This document shows positions 45,088 through 53,567 of a DNA stretch of 64,000 nucleotides, in pieces. Source of the stretch: a virus (lineage: Duplodnaviria > Heunggongvirae > Uroviricota > Caudoviricetes). The stretch covers positions 1-64,000 of the IMG/VR virus record IMGVR_UViG_3300049215_000772. One strand, 5' to 3'. The notes below the pieces were generated by a model. The model saw nothing but the letters and a program-made list of their open reading frames with translations, had not been told where the DNA came from and made no database searches. Made by a program: the position numbers and the translations under genes. The stretch's first letter is position 1. Each line of letters opens with the position of its first letter.

Positions 45088-46305
45088 TTACATTGAGAGG
45101 TTGCCCCCGCCCATTGCTCCCATACCGCCCGCATCTTGTCCCATCGGGCTATCTTTGAGTGCTGCCATCAAGTGATGGTGAGCGTGCTTTTTCTTCTTCT
45201 TTCTGGTTGGCATGATCTTGCTGCCTGGTGCGAGATCGGCATCTTTGTCGCCGTGGTGTCCATGCGGTCCCATTGTTGGGTCGTGGTCATCTCCACCCAG
45301 GCCCATATCATCGCCGCCTAGTCCCATGTCATCGCCACCCATGCCGCCCATGCCCATATCATCGTCGCCGCCTAGTCCCATGTCATCGCCGCCCATTGGG
45401 TGTCCGTGCGGCCCATCCATGTCGTGATGGCCGTGGTGTCCGTGAGGAGGCCCGCCCAGGCCCATATCATCGCCGCCCATGCCCATGTCGTCATCGCCCA
45501 TACCCATGTCCATATCATCATCAGAGCCGTGCATGTCTTCCGGGTGGGGTGGTTTCGATGGATCGTCGTCATCGTCGTCGATGTCGTCTTTGTGTGCTGG
45601 TGGGCCAACCATCTCGTTCATGGCCCTGACGAGACGGCGGGCGTATTTTTCATCACGCTCCATGAAGTGAGCCATGACTTTGTAGGTTTCGTCGTGCTGA
45701 AGCATCTCGGCAACCATCTTGCCGAACGCCTTGTTTCGCTTCATTTCACGGACGAGGGTAATCATGACCGACTGGTTGGCGTTTGCCAAAGCGACAGCCT
45801 GGCGAACAACATCGTTGGCCGACTCCTGGCAGGCACACTCGTTGGTGATCTTGTCGATTCCCTTGGAGGTAGTCTTCTGGATCATCTTGGTGAATTCGGC
45901 CAGGGACATGCCCTTGGTGCGGTTCAGCCATTCCTGGGTTTTGGTTTTGTTCCAATCACTGGAAACAGTTTTGCCACCCGGAACACCAGCAGCTTCTTTG
46001 CCGCCCGTGATGAAGTTACCTTTTTCCTTGTCGCCCGGAGTGTATTTCAAATCTTTGTCACCCTTGTCGGCAAAACCACCATCTAGCTTGCCCTTGTTGG
46101 GGTCTTTGGCGTCTTTGCCGCCCTTGTAGGGTTTTGGTTGACCCTGGCCTTTGCCGCCAGCGTCTTTGTGTTTGTTTTCTTTCTTAGGCGCAGATTCCTT
46201 GGGACCGCTGTAGTCGGCCTTGGCTTCGATTTTGCCTTTGGTAGAAAACTTCGACTTGGTGTCGAGATATTCCTGAAATGTCTTGTGGGCCATGTGTTTC
46301 TCCAT
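45088..46305 (-). CDS. acidic repeat protein ('DDMG[LM]GG' x ~10, His-rich)
   Basis: 405-aa ORF; basic N-terminal third, central helical domain, C-terminal tandem Asp/Met/Gly repeats; the matching nucleotide tandem repeats span about 45283..45520. Confidence 0.5.
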   Translation of the reverse strand: MEKHMAHKTFQEYLDTKSKFSTKGKIEAKADYSGPKESAPKKENKHKDAGGKGQGQPKPYKGGKDAKDPNKGKLDGGFADKGDKDLKYTPGDKEKGNFITGGKEAAGVPGGKTVSSDWNKTKTQEWLNRTKGMSLAEFTKMIQKTTSKGIDKITNECACQESANDVVRQAVALANANQSVMITLVREMKRNKAFGKMVAEMLQHDETYKVMAHFMERDEKYARRLVRAMNEMVGPPAHKDDIDDDDDDPSKPPHPEDMHGSDDDMDMGMGDDDMGMGGDDMGLGGPPHGHHGHHDMDGPHGHPMGGDDMGLGGDDDMGMGGMGGDDMGLGGDDMGLGGDDHDPTMGPHGHHGDKDADLAPGSKIMPTRKKKKKHAHHHLMAALKDSPMGQDAGGMGAMGGGNLSM

Positions 46306-46314
46306 TTGGGTTAT

Positions 46315-46485
46315 TTATGCTTCATTGGGCATTAGTACCCACAGAATCAGGTAAATAATTGGGCCAATGCCGAAAAGTAGGAATGCCAAGACGAACAACA
46401 AACGCATTAGAACAGGGTCCATGCCCAGGTCTTTTGCAAGTCCGCCGCAAACGCCGGCAATCACTCGATCTTTGGTTCTTACCAT
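46315..46485 (-). CDS. PspC-domain small membrane protein (56 aa; below the ORF-track length cutoff)
   Basis: GGAGG 5 nt upstream of the ATG; 'MVRTKDRVIAGVCGGLAKDLGMDPVLMRLLFVLAFLLFGIGPIIYLILWVLMP' matches the PspC domain consensus. Confidence 0.55.
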   Translation of the reverse strand: MVRTKDRVIAGVCGGLAKDLGMDPVLMRLLFVLAFLLFGIGPIIYLILWVLMPNEA

Positions 46486-46515
46486 TTAATCCTCCAGGTT
46501 GAAGGTATTTAGTCC

Positions 46516-47043
46516 TCATAGCCCAAAAAAGGATGCAAACTCCTCGTCGGAACCTTTGAAGGCACCCCTCAGTGGATGGCTCGCATATTTGCTGCTTTGC
46601 GCAGGTGCAGTCCGTGGAGCGTTCAGGTGAGGGGTTGCTGGTTTCTGACAGGCATTGGGCAGGTTTTGCTGAAGCTGACGTATATATCTTTGGAATAGCC
46701 TATCCCGAACAGCGGCCCCTGTGTCTGTGCCCCCTGTGGCTGGTGTATAGGTGATTTTTGTTGGGTCTACCGGGCCGAACTTCCGACATACATCATTGGC
46801 GAACTGGTTCATGATGCTCATGATGTTGACAGATTTATCAATGGGTTGGTCTTTGTCGGAGTCATCGCCAAGGAAGTTGATGTGGAGTTCGTCGCCGTTC
46901 AAAGCGAACAAAGCTATGAAGGATCGGCTTCCGGTTGGGGTTGTCACGGTGTAGCGGGCTGTGCCGGGGTTGCCAGTTCTGGAGGTAATGCCTCCAGATA
47001 CTTGTTGGTTTTCCATCAAGTGCAGCCAGTTTTTGAACATCAC
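46516..47043 (-). CDS. hypothetical protein
   Basis: ORF only. Confidence 0.4.
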   Translation of the reverse strand: MMFKNWLHLMENQQVSGGITSRTGNPGTARYTVTTPTGSRSFIALFALNGDELHINFLGDDSDKDQPIDKSVNIMSIMNQFANDVCRKFGPVDPTKITYTPATGGTDTGAAVRDRLFQRYIRQLQQNLPNACQKPATPHLNAPRTAPAQSSKYASHPLRGAFKGSDEEFASFFGL

Positions 47044-47084
47044 GAGGTATATATTAAGGTGAAGAATTTCCCTTGAGGGGCGAT

Positions 47085-47366
47085 ATGGAATTCATGCGGT
47101 TTGCACAATTTCTGAAACAACGGGATGAGAAGATGGCTGAAAACGTCACTGCCAACAAAGAAGCGATGGCGTTTGACACCAAGATTCAGGCGTTCCGCAA
47201 CCGATTCCCGGATGGTGATGGCGAGCGGATCGTCAAGCTGGCCGGCTACCCGGACGTTCGTGCCTTCCTGCACGACCCGGACGAGGCGAAGTGGGCGAAA
47301 CTGAAAATCCCTGGGCAAGATAACTACGTCAAGAACCATCCTCACCACCGGAATTCGTTGATCTGA
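47085..47366 (+). CDS. hypothetical small protein
   Basis: ORF only. Confidence 0.35.
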   Translation: MEFMRFAQFLKQRDEKMAENVTANKEAMAFDTKIQAFRNRFPDGDGERIVKLAGYPDVRAFLHDPDEAKWAKLKIPGQDNYVKNHPHHRNSLI

Positions 47367-47559
47367 CTTGACAACCCCGAAAAATCGGGGTAGTATGAGA
47401 TCACCGGACCTGGGGAGAAAGGCACAAGCCGGTCTTACCCAGCGCAGGCCCGTCAAGTTGGGAATGGGCGCAAATAGAAGAGCTAGAATGGGTTCCGTCC
47501 AGGTTCCCCCTATAGCCGCCCAGCAAATAGCCCGCTTGATGAAAACCTGGGCAAACTTC

Positions 47560-47920
47560 GGGGGCGCAACGGCTTCTACGGAGTGTGATGTGACTGAAGT
47601 GGCACGCACTGGTTGGTCAGCAGGCCAGTATAAAAGCAGACCATCGCTTTAACCGGCGAAACTCAGTTCGCAATGGCGGCTTGACCGCCAGGGCTTGAAG
47701 GAAGCGACGTGATTTAGCGTCTTTCTAGCCCTCGCAAAATAATCACTGGCTTCACCCTTGCAGATACGGTGAAGTGAGAAACCGATTCTGCTGGTCCCAA
47801 CCGGCCTTTGTCTGTTGTCGGTAAGTTGGGGTGAGACGCCGAAAGGCAAAACAACAGAACAAGCGTGTAGATGCTCATTCACTAGCAGTTCGGACAGGGG
47901 TTCGACTCCCCTCGCCTCCA
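47560..47920 (+). ncRNA. ssrA: tmRNA (ssrA), one-piece, about 361 nt, CCA not encoded
   Basis: 5' 'GGGGGCGCAACGGCUUCUACGG' (compare E. coli 'GGGGCUGAUUCUGGAUUCGACGG'); 3' 'UUCGGACAGGGGUUCGACUCCCCUCGCCUCCA' (compare 'UUCGGACGCGGGUUCAACUCCCGCCAGCUCCA'). The 7-bp acceptor stem GGGGGCG/CGCCUCC keeps the G3:U70 alanine identity pair. Internal tag frame 47646..47684 'GCU UUA ACC GGC GAA ACU CAG UUC GCA AUG GCG GCU UGA' gives (AL)TGETQFAMAA*. Confidence 0.75.
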
Positions 47921-47935
47921 CTGGTGATTAGGCCA

Positions 47936-47966
47936 GAAGCCCGACAAGGGTAACATCTTGTCGGGC
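47936..47966 (+). terminator. terminator after the tmRNA
   Basis: 'gcccgacaagggtaacatcttgtcgggc' followed by 'tttgtcctttt'. Confidence 0.5.
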
Positions 47967-47989
47967 TTTGTCCTTTTAGGGGAAGCATC

Positions 47990-48337
47990 ATGCAAGAATC
48001 CGCCATTGTGTTCGGCAATTCCAAGGGTGTTGTTTTCCAGTGGGGCAATGTTGAATTCACCCTTGAATTGTCCAAATGCAACGAGTTGATCGACCTGGCT
48101 GAAGTGTTGCAATCCAGTGGCTTCGAGGATGACGATGATCTTGTTACTGACTTGTGGGTTGGCAAAAAACTTCTGCGCTGGGGTGGCATTCGAGTCCCGA
48201 TTGACCTGAAGACCTTCTATCCCAACCTTCTCAATGCTGTTCGCCGGCATCAGGACCACCTGGACGATGTTGAACATCTCAAAAACGCTGAATCGGCTTT
48301 GAAGGAGATCACAGACGGACTCGGCCTGGATAAATAG
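47990..48337 (+). CDS. hypothetical protein
   Basis: ORF with a GGGGAAG RBS. Confidence 0.4.
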   Translation: MQESAIVFGNSKGVVFQWGNVEFTLELSKCNELIDLAEVLQSSGFEDDDDLVTDLWVGKKLLRWGGIRVPIDLKTFYPNLLNAVRRHQDHLDDVEHLKNAESALKEITDGLGLDK

Positions 48338-48341
48338 CCAC

Positions 48342-48971
48342 ATGAAGTACATCATCGTGGTTGGGATGGCCCATTCCGGGACGACAATACTTACAAGAAC
48401 TTTGAGTCAGCACCCTTCTGTGGTCTGTTATCGCACTGGTCCTCAAGCCTGGTTGTACGAAAACGATGCTTTGGCGAGCGGTGACGCCTTCCCTGTTTTT
48501 GAGTTTGCGGCGAGGCAATCGGTCCCTTACATCCTCATGAAGCGGCCCTGGGTGTGTCATCGCCCATATTTCCTGGTTGCCAACTGGCCCGACGCATATT
48601 ACTTGTACATGCAGCGGGAGCGGGAGGAGATTTTCAAAAGTTGGGCCAAACCCACCAGCATGGTTGAAACTAGAACCGAGCGTGCGGTTCAGGAAGCCAA
48701 ATACAACGACAGTTTGGAAGCCGCTGCACGCCTTGAAGCAATGGTGCCTCATTTTCTTCGCATCAAACATGAGGAGTTGTGTCTTGATCCCGCCGCAATC
48801 TTCAAACAAATAATCAAGTTTACTGATTTGCCTGATTTTGGCTTCGATTTCAGTGAAATCAACAGTGTAGACATCAAGAAATTGTTGTTGTTTGAAATGG
48901 AGATGCGATTTTTACGAGAGCAAATCCAAATCCGACACAAGAACAAAGCACGTCGTCCCGTACTACTATGA
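48342..48971 (+). CDS. sulfotransferase-family protein
   Basis: 'GMAHSGTTILTR' PAPS 5'-PSB P-loop at the N-terminus. Confidence 0.55.
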   Translation: MKYIIVVGMAHSGTTILTRTLSQHPSVVCYRTGPQAWLYENDALASGDAFPVFEFAARQSVPYILMKRPWVCHRPYFLVANWPDAYYLYMQREREEIFKSWAKPTSMVETRTERAVQEAKYNDSLEAAARLEAMVPHFLRIKHEELCLDPAAIFKQIIKFTDLPDFGFDFSEINSVDIKKLLLFEMEMRFLREQIQIRHKNKARRPVLL

Positions 48972-48978
48972 GTTTATG

Positions 48979-49206
48979 TTGAACGTATGGCTGTCCGCCA
49001 GGGACATCAAATCTCGATTTCCAATCAATTCCAAGGTGAAAATCCAGTGGCCGGGGCACGCCCATGATGGGGTGAGCGGCCACGTTCTAGGCTACAACTT
49101 CTACGGCAAGAATCGTCAATACTTGTTGGAAGTCGAGATGACGTTCTGGACCAGTCTGGGACGTGTCATTTTGAACATCCCCTGGAATCGCCTGGATCGT
49201 GTTTAA
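48979..49206 (+). CDS. hypothetical small protein
   Basis: Internal ATG of ORF 48892..49206 just after the sulfotransferase stop. Confidence 0.3.
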   Translation: MNVWLSARDIKSRFPINSKVKIQWPGHAHDGVSGHVLGYNFYGKNRQYLLEVEMTFWTSLGRVILNIPWNRLDRV

Positions 49207-49574
49207 TCTTGGGTTGTGTGTCCTTTGCTGGTCCACATCTTGATGCCTTCCTTGCTCAATATCTCATCCCTCGACACTTCCCTTCTTCCGAAAGTCCAAT
49301 TGGGCTGAAGTCTTACTTCCTCGTTGCGAAACAGCCAGGATTCCCCTGTGGCGTCGATGAAGACTTGCCATATCAGGGAATGCTCGGTGCTGTAGTCGAT
49401 GATGATATGCGCCATGCCCCGCCCTTTGGGAGTTTCCAACGGTATTGGTGGGTTGAGTTGTACAATCACAACATATATCCTTTCGATATTCTGCTCTTTT
49501 ATCGTTCGATTCAAAGCCGTATAATCCATCGTACCTGGAGGATATACGATGACACGATCCGATGAGAATCGCAA
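49203..49574 (-). CDS. hypothetical protein
   Basis: ORF only. Confidence 0.35.
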   Translation of the reverse strand: MRFSSDRVIVYPPGTMDYTALNRTIKEQNIERIYVVIVQLNPPIPLETPKGRGMAHIIIDYSTEHSLIWQVFIDATGESWLFRNEEVRLQPNWTFGRREVSRDEILSKEGIKMWTSKGHTTQD

Positions 49575-50613
49575 GCTAAACGAGCTTCTTGAAAATCAGA
49601 ATACTGCTGCCCATCATAAATTTGCCAGAGTGAGTTGTAGTGGGGATTCCCCTGTTGCCGATGGAGTGCCTACAACATCGAGTGACGAGAAGGATTTGGC
49701 GGGACTTGTTCAGTGGACGACGGGGGATGGCAAGCGTTTCGTCCCAGCCAGTCACACTGCTGAGAAGTTGACGCCTGGCGTGTACGAGATTCAGCACTCG
49801 AACACCATTGGCATTTATTTCGAGAGAATCCCGGTCCTGACATTGGGCCTGTTGCGTTTTCCGCAAACCAACTCCGAACGGGTGTTGGAGGAAATCCAGA
49901 AGTTTTGGCAGAAGGCAGACATTTTCAAAGAATACAACCTGACCCACAAGCGGGGCATCATCATGTGGGGACCGCCCGGTAGCGGTAAATCCTGCACGAT
50001 CCAACTCATCATGAAAGATGTCGTGGACCGCAACGGTGTGGTCATCAAGTTCACCCACCCGCACTTGTTCAACGAGGGCATGAGGAAGTTCCGGGAGATT
50101 GAACCGGATACACCTGTGGTTGTTCTAATGGAGGATATTGACTCGATATTGGAGCAGTTCAACGAGTCTGAAGTCCTCAATATCCTCGACGGCATCAATC
50201 AAATCGAGAAGGCTGTCTTCTTGGCAACCACCAATTACCCGGAGCGGCTGGGTGCCAGGATCATCAATCGGCCTTCTCGTTTCGACAAGCGATTCTTCAT
50301 CGGACATCCCGACGAGGAAAGCCGCAAGTTGTACTTCCGGCATATCATTGGTGATGATAAGATCAAGCAACTCAGTATCGACCTGGACAGGTGGGTTGCT
50401 GATACCGACGAGTTCTCCATCGCTCACCTGAAGGAGTTGTTTACTGCCGTCGTCATCTTGGGTGACGATTATGACGAGGCCGTTGAAACTCTAAAAACGA
50501 TGAAGGAAGAATACATTACTTCCGACAACGATGAGCGCCGCAATCCAATGGGATTTGGCAATATGCCAAAGCGACTTACCGCCACGAGAAAGCAGAGGTC
50601 TAGCTATGAATGA
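49549..50613 (+). CDS. classic-clade AAA ATPase with a unique ~150-aa N-domain
   Basis: Walker A 'GPPGSGKS', Walker B 'VVLMEDIDS', sensor-1/SRH 'FLATTNYPERLGARIINRPSRFDKRFFIG'. Confidence 0.75.
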   Translation: MTRSDENRKLNELLENQNTAAHHKFARVSCSGDSPVADGVPTTSSDEKDLAGLVQWTTGDGKRFVPASHTAEKLTPGVYEIQHSNTIGIYFERIPVLTLGLLRFPQTNSERVLEEIQKFWQKADIFKEYNLTHKRGIIMWGPPGSGKSCTIQLIMKDVVDRNGVVIKFTHPHLFNEGMRKFREIEPDTPVVVLMEDIDSILEQFNESEVLNILDGINQIEKAVFLATTNYPERLGARIINRPSRFDKRFFIGHPDEESRKLYFRHIIGDDKIKQLSIDLDRWVADTDEFSIAHLKELFTAVVILGDDYDEAVETLKTMKEEYITSDNDERRNPMGFGNMPKRLTATRKQRSSYE

Positions 50614-51151
50614 AGTCCTTGTTAGTGAAGATTACATCTTGGTCATTGACCTGGATCGTTATGCCGGACCCATCGCTGATCCCCTTTGCGCCTACTGCAC
50701 TGGTTTCGCAGGAGAGGAAGCGTCCTATCATTCCAGCGAGATGTGTGAGTTGTACTACAGCGACCTGGGCATTGAGGATGATGACGGTCCCTACGGCGAC
50801 CTGGCTGACGACAAGAACCCATTGCGTGATCTTGTTGTTGACCAGCAGGATGAAACTGGTCATTGGCAACCGTGTGCCGTGTGGCCGAGCCGTGTGTACG
50901 GCATGAATGCCGAGGGCAAGGCGGCAAAACTGAACGATCAGAATTACGAAGACTACAATTTTCCTGCCGGATATTCCGTTGGGATTTTCTTGTACAGCAA
51001 GCCAACGGATGAGCAATTTGCAACCATCAAGCAGCGTGCCACTGCTTTTTTCAACGACATTTGGCCCAAGTTGAAAGATGGGGAGAAAGTCAACATCGAG
51101 GGCTACCGCCTGATTCGACATCGCAAGACCGCCGAAGAAGTCCGACTGTAA
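50607..51151 (+). CDS. hypothetical acidic protein
   Basis: ATG overlapping the AAA gene stop (ATGAATGA). Confidence 0.4.
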
Positions 51152-51213
51152 GAATCATTCAACCTGTGTGTGCAGCTTAGTCTTTCGGGGCGCTGCGCCG
51201 TTAAGGAGCGACA

Positions 51214-52524
51214 ATGGTTACTAGGGAACTGTTTGAGTCCACTTGTCAGAAGAAGCTCGAAGATATGGGGGTCGCTGATGACCCCCGCTACAAGAAGCGA
51301 CTCGCCTGGGAACTTGGCGAGATCAATGCCAAGGGCAAGCACGATTACTTCTGGTCGATGCACGAGAAGAAGGTCCGCTATCCCCTCAATCAGAACAATT
51401 TGCTCATCTGCAAGTTGCTGGGAATTTGCAAAGACTACAACATCGAGAACGACCCAAACTGCGAGTACGGCAGCTACCCCGACATCGACATCGACTACCT
51501 CGACATCGTTCGGGACTACCTGAAAACTGATTGGGCACCCCGTATCTTCGGGGAAGAATATGTCTGCAACATCGGCAACTACACCACTTTCAAGATCAAA
51601 TCGGCCCTCATCGACATGGCTCGTGTCCACAGCGAGAGTCGTGAAGAAATCCAGGCCATCACCAAAAACCTTGACGACAAGGACGACGAGGGCAAGGCCA
51701 TCACTTGGGATGCAGCGATGAAGCTGTACCCGGACCTGAAGAAATACTGTGAGGAACACAAGGACGTTGCTGAAGCCGCCAAACGACTTCTCAACCGCAA
51801 CCGTGGGATGGGCGTCCACGCCGGGGGACTCATCATCTCCAGCATCCCCCTTTCCGACCTGGTGCCGCTCGTCAAGCGTAAGGACAATCCACAGGCCAGT
51901 GCGTGGGTGGAAGGTTTGCACGGCCAGGACTTGGGGCCGGTCGGCCTGGTGAAGTTCGACTTGCTGGTAATCAACAACCTGCTCCAGATTGCTAAGTGCT
52001 GCAAACTTGTCAAGGAGCGGCATGGGCTGGCTGGTATTTGCGCCCTGCCCGGCAAAAGCGATTGGACCGATGTGAATGCCTGGCGCAACGATCCCAAAGC
52101 CCTGGCAATGGCTGACAAGGGCGACCTGAAGGGTATCTTCCAGTTCGACAAAGATACTGTTCGCACAATGGCCCGCAGGGGTGGCGTGACCAGGTTTGAA
52201 GACCTGATTGCCTACACCAGCCTTAACCGGCCAGGGCCGATGCAGTGTGTGAAGGAAAGCACGAATGTTTCGACATCCGTGGGGCAGAGTCCAATCGAGA
52301 AACTTGAGCCTGGGCATGATGAAATTGCTTATCTCGGCGGCGATGGTATGTTGAAACACACCAAGCGATACTTCGTCACCAAAACGAAGAAAAAGAGTCT
52401 GTTGAAAATCACGACTCGTTCCGGCAAGGTGCTGTACGTCTCTCCCGACCACCGCATTCTCACCGAAAGCGGGTATATCCGAGCCGATAATCTCGAAAAA
52501 AGCCAGAAAGTTGCTTCCATTTAA
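51214..52524 (+). CDS. dnaE: DnaE middle fragment (palm with catalytic 'PDIDIDY') fused to a split-intein N-fragment
   Basis: 'YPDIDIDYLD', 'GVHAGGLII', 'GLVKFDLLVI', 'GIFQFDK', 'LNRPGPMQ' match E. coli DnaE palm motifs; then 'CVKEST...GKVLYVSPDHRILTESGYIRADNL' shows Hint block A (Cys1, Thr6) and block B (TxxH as 'SPDH'). Confidence 0.8.
   Translation: MVTRELFESTCQKKLEDMGVADDPRYKKRLAWELGEINAKGKHDYFWSMHEKKVRYPLNQNNLLICKLLGICKDYNIENDPNCEYGSYPDIDIDYLDIVRDYLKTDWAPRIFGEEYVCNIGNYTTFKIKSALIDMARVHSESREEIQAITKNLDDKDDEGKAITWDAAMKLYPDLKKYCEEHKDVAEAAKRLLNRNRGMGVHAGGLIISSIPLSDLVPLVKRKDNPQASAWVEGLHGQDLGPVGLVKFDLLVINNLLQIAKCCKLVKERHGLAGICALPGKSDWTDVNAWRNDPKALAMADKGDLKGIFQFDKDTVRTMARRGGVTRFEDLIAYTSLNRPGPMQCVKESTNVSTSVGQSPIEKLEPGHDEIAYLGGDGMLKHTKRYFVTKTKKKSLLKITTRSGKVLYVSPDHRILTESGYIRADNLEKSQKVASI
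52246..52521 (+). mobile_element. split intein N-fragment (IntN, about 92 aa) at the DnaE 'RPGPMQ|C' junction
   Basis: Begins with Cys directly after the conserved 'RPGPMQ'; the Hint N-terminal blocks align with cyanobacterial DnaE IntN 'CLSYETEILT...ATKDHKFMT'. Confidence 0.65.
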
Positions 52525-52565
52525 CATGCCAAGCATATATACTTCCATATAGACCTGGAGGTTAT

Positions 52566-53567
52566 ATGCTGTGTAAGATATGTGGTCGTGATATTTCTGG
52601 CAAGTTCTATTTGCATCTGAACGGCAGCCACAAGATGCGGAAGGATGATTATTTACAGATGTTTCCTGAGCAGGCTGCTGAATATGATGGTCAGGTTCCC
52701 AAGCAGGCTTGGAACAAAGGTTTGACAAAACATACTCATCCTTCTGTGGCTAGATGCGCAGAGCAGGCGGCGGTATACTCTCGACGTGAAGATGTTCGTA
52801 TTTTCCGCTCTGAGCATATGAAACAGCGATATGAGGGTGGTGATATTGTGGACTCGGCAACACGAGCAAGGATTGTCGAAGCAGGCACGCATGGTTGGGT
52901 AAAAAAAATTCAATCTGCTTCTGAAGAAGAACGACGAAAACTTCTTTTTGCTTTCACACGGGCCGGGAATGCCCGTCAGGAGGAGTTGAGAGCGACCCGC
53001 ACGCCAGAAGACTTTCAGAAGTTATACCCTTGGGCAAAAGGTATTGCTACTTGGGGAAGTTGTTATGGATGTGGGAAGCAGATGATTATTTGGCTCGGCG
53101 GCAAACCACGACCCAAACGAAGATTTTGTTCTTCGGAGTGTTGTGTCGAGTATAGAAAGAAGCACCCATATTTCACTTTTGAGACAGGCATGAGATATTA
53201 TTCGACCAAGATGGAAACGGAATTTTATCTGCGATCCAATTTAGAGGTATGGTTCGCAGAGACATTGGATGCTTGTGAGAAGGTGAGGGGATGGATTGCA
53301 AGTCCATGCTCTATTGAGTATGGCCTCAATGGTAAAACTCGCACTTATCATCCTGATTTTTTGGTGGATGGCTATTGGTTGATGGAGTTGAAGTCTGGCT
53401 ATGTATACAGCATCAGGAAAGAAGAAACCGAAGCGAAGTTGAAAGCGGCTACAAAGTACGCTTCCAACAACGGCCTAGAGTTTGTATATTGGCAATTCAA
53501 TGAGTCCAATATGACGGCTGCAAAGTTTGCAGCCGATCTACGGGTGAAAGCATTTATGGGTGAATGA
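52566..53567 (+). CDS. zinc-finger + PD-(D/E)xK nuclease (free-standing homing endonuclease candidate between the intein halves)
   Basis: 'CKICGRDIS...H', 'CYGCGK...CSSEC'; C-terminal 'YHPDFLVDGYWLMELKSG' (D...E.K); same family as 20352..21050. Confidence 0.5.
   Translation: MLCKICGRDISGKFYLHLNGSHKMRKDDYLQMFPEQAAEYDGQVPKQAWNKGLTKHTHPSVARCAEQAAVYSRREDVRIFRSEHMKQRYEGGDIVDSATRARIVEAGTHGWVKKIQSASEEERRKLLFAFTRAGNARQEELRATRTPEDFQKLYPWAKGIATWGSCYGCGKQMIIWLGGKPRPKRRFCSSECCVEYRKKHPYFTFETGMRYYSTKMETEFYLRSNLEVWFAETLDACEKVRGWIASPCSIEYGLNGKTRTYHPDFLVDGYWLMELKSGYVYSIRKEETEAKLKAATKYASNNGLEFVYWQFNESNMTAAKFAADLRVKAFMGE

Noticed and set aside
45400-46086. 228-aa plus-strand ORF (and other small ORFs at 45136..45670)
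   Set aside because: Antisense or alternate-frame readings of the repeat-rich 45088..46305 gene; their Pro/His/Arg-rich low-complexity translations are typical of out-of-frame GC-rich repeats.
47368-47921. ORFs 47368..47652 (+) and 47649..47921 (-)
   Set aside because: They overlie the tmRNA, whose acceptor/T-arm and tag frame explain the region; no RBS.
47880-47925. Stand-alone tRNA suggested by the T-arm and acceptor 3' strand
   Set aside because: No D-arm or anticodon arm immediately upstream; the complementary 5' acceptor strand lies 360 nt upstream with tmRNA-specific elements, so this is the 3' tRNA-like half of the tmRNA.
51103-52728. 541-aa minus-strand ORF (also 55429..56337)
   Set aside because: Antisense to the dnaE fragments.
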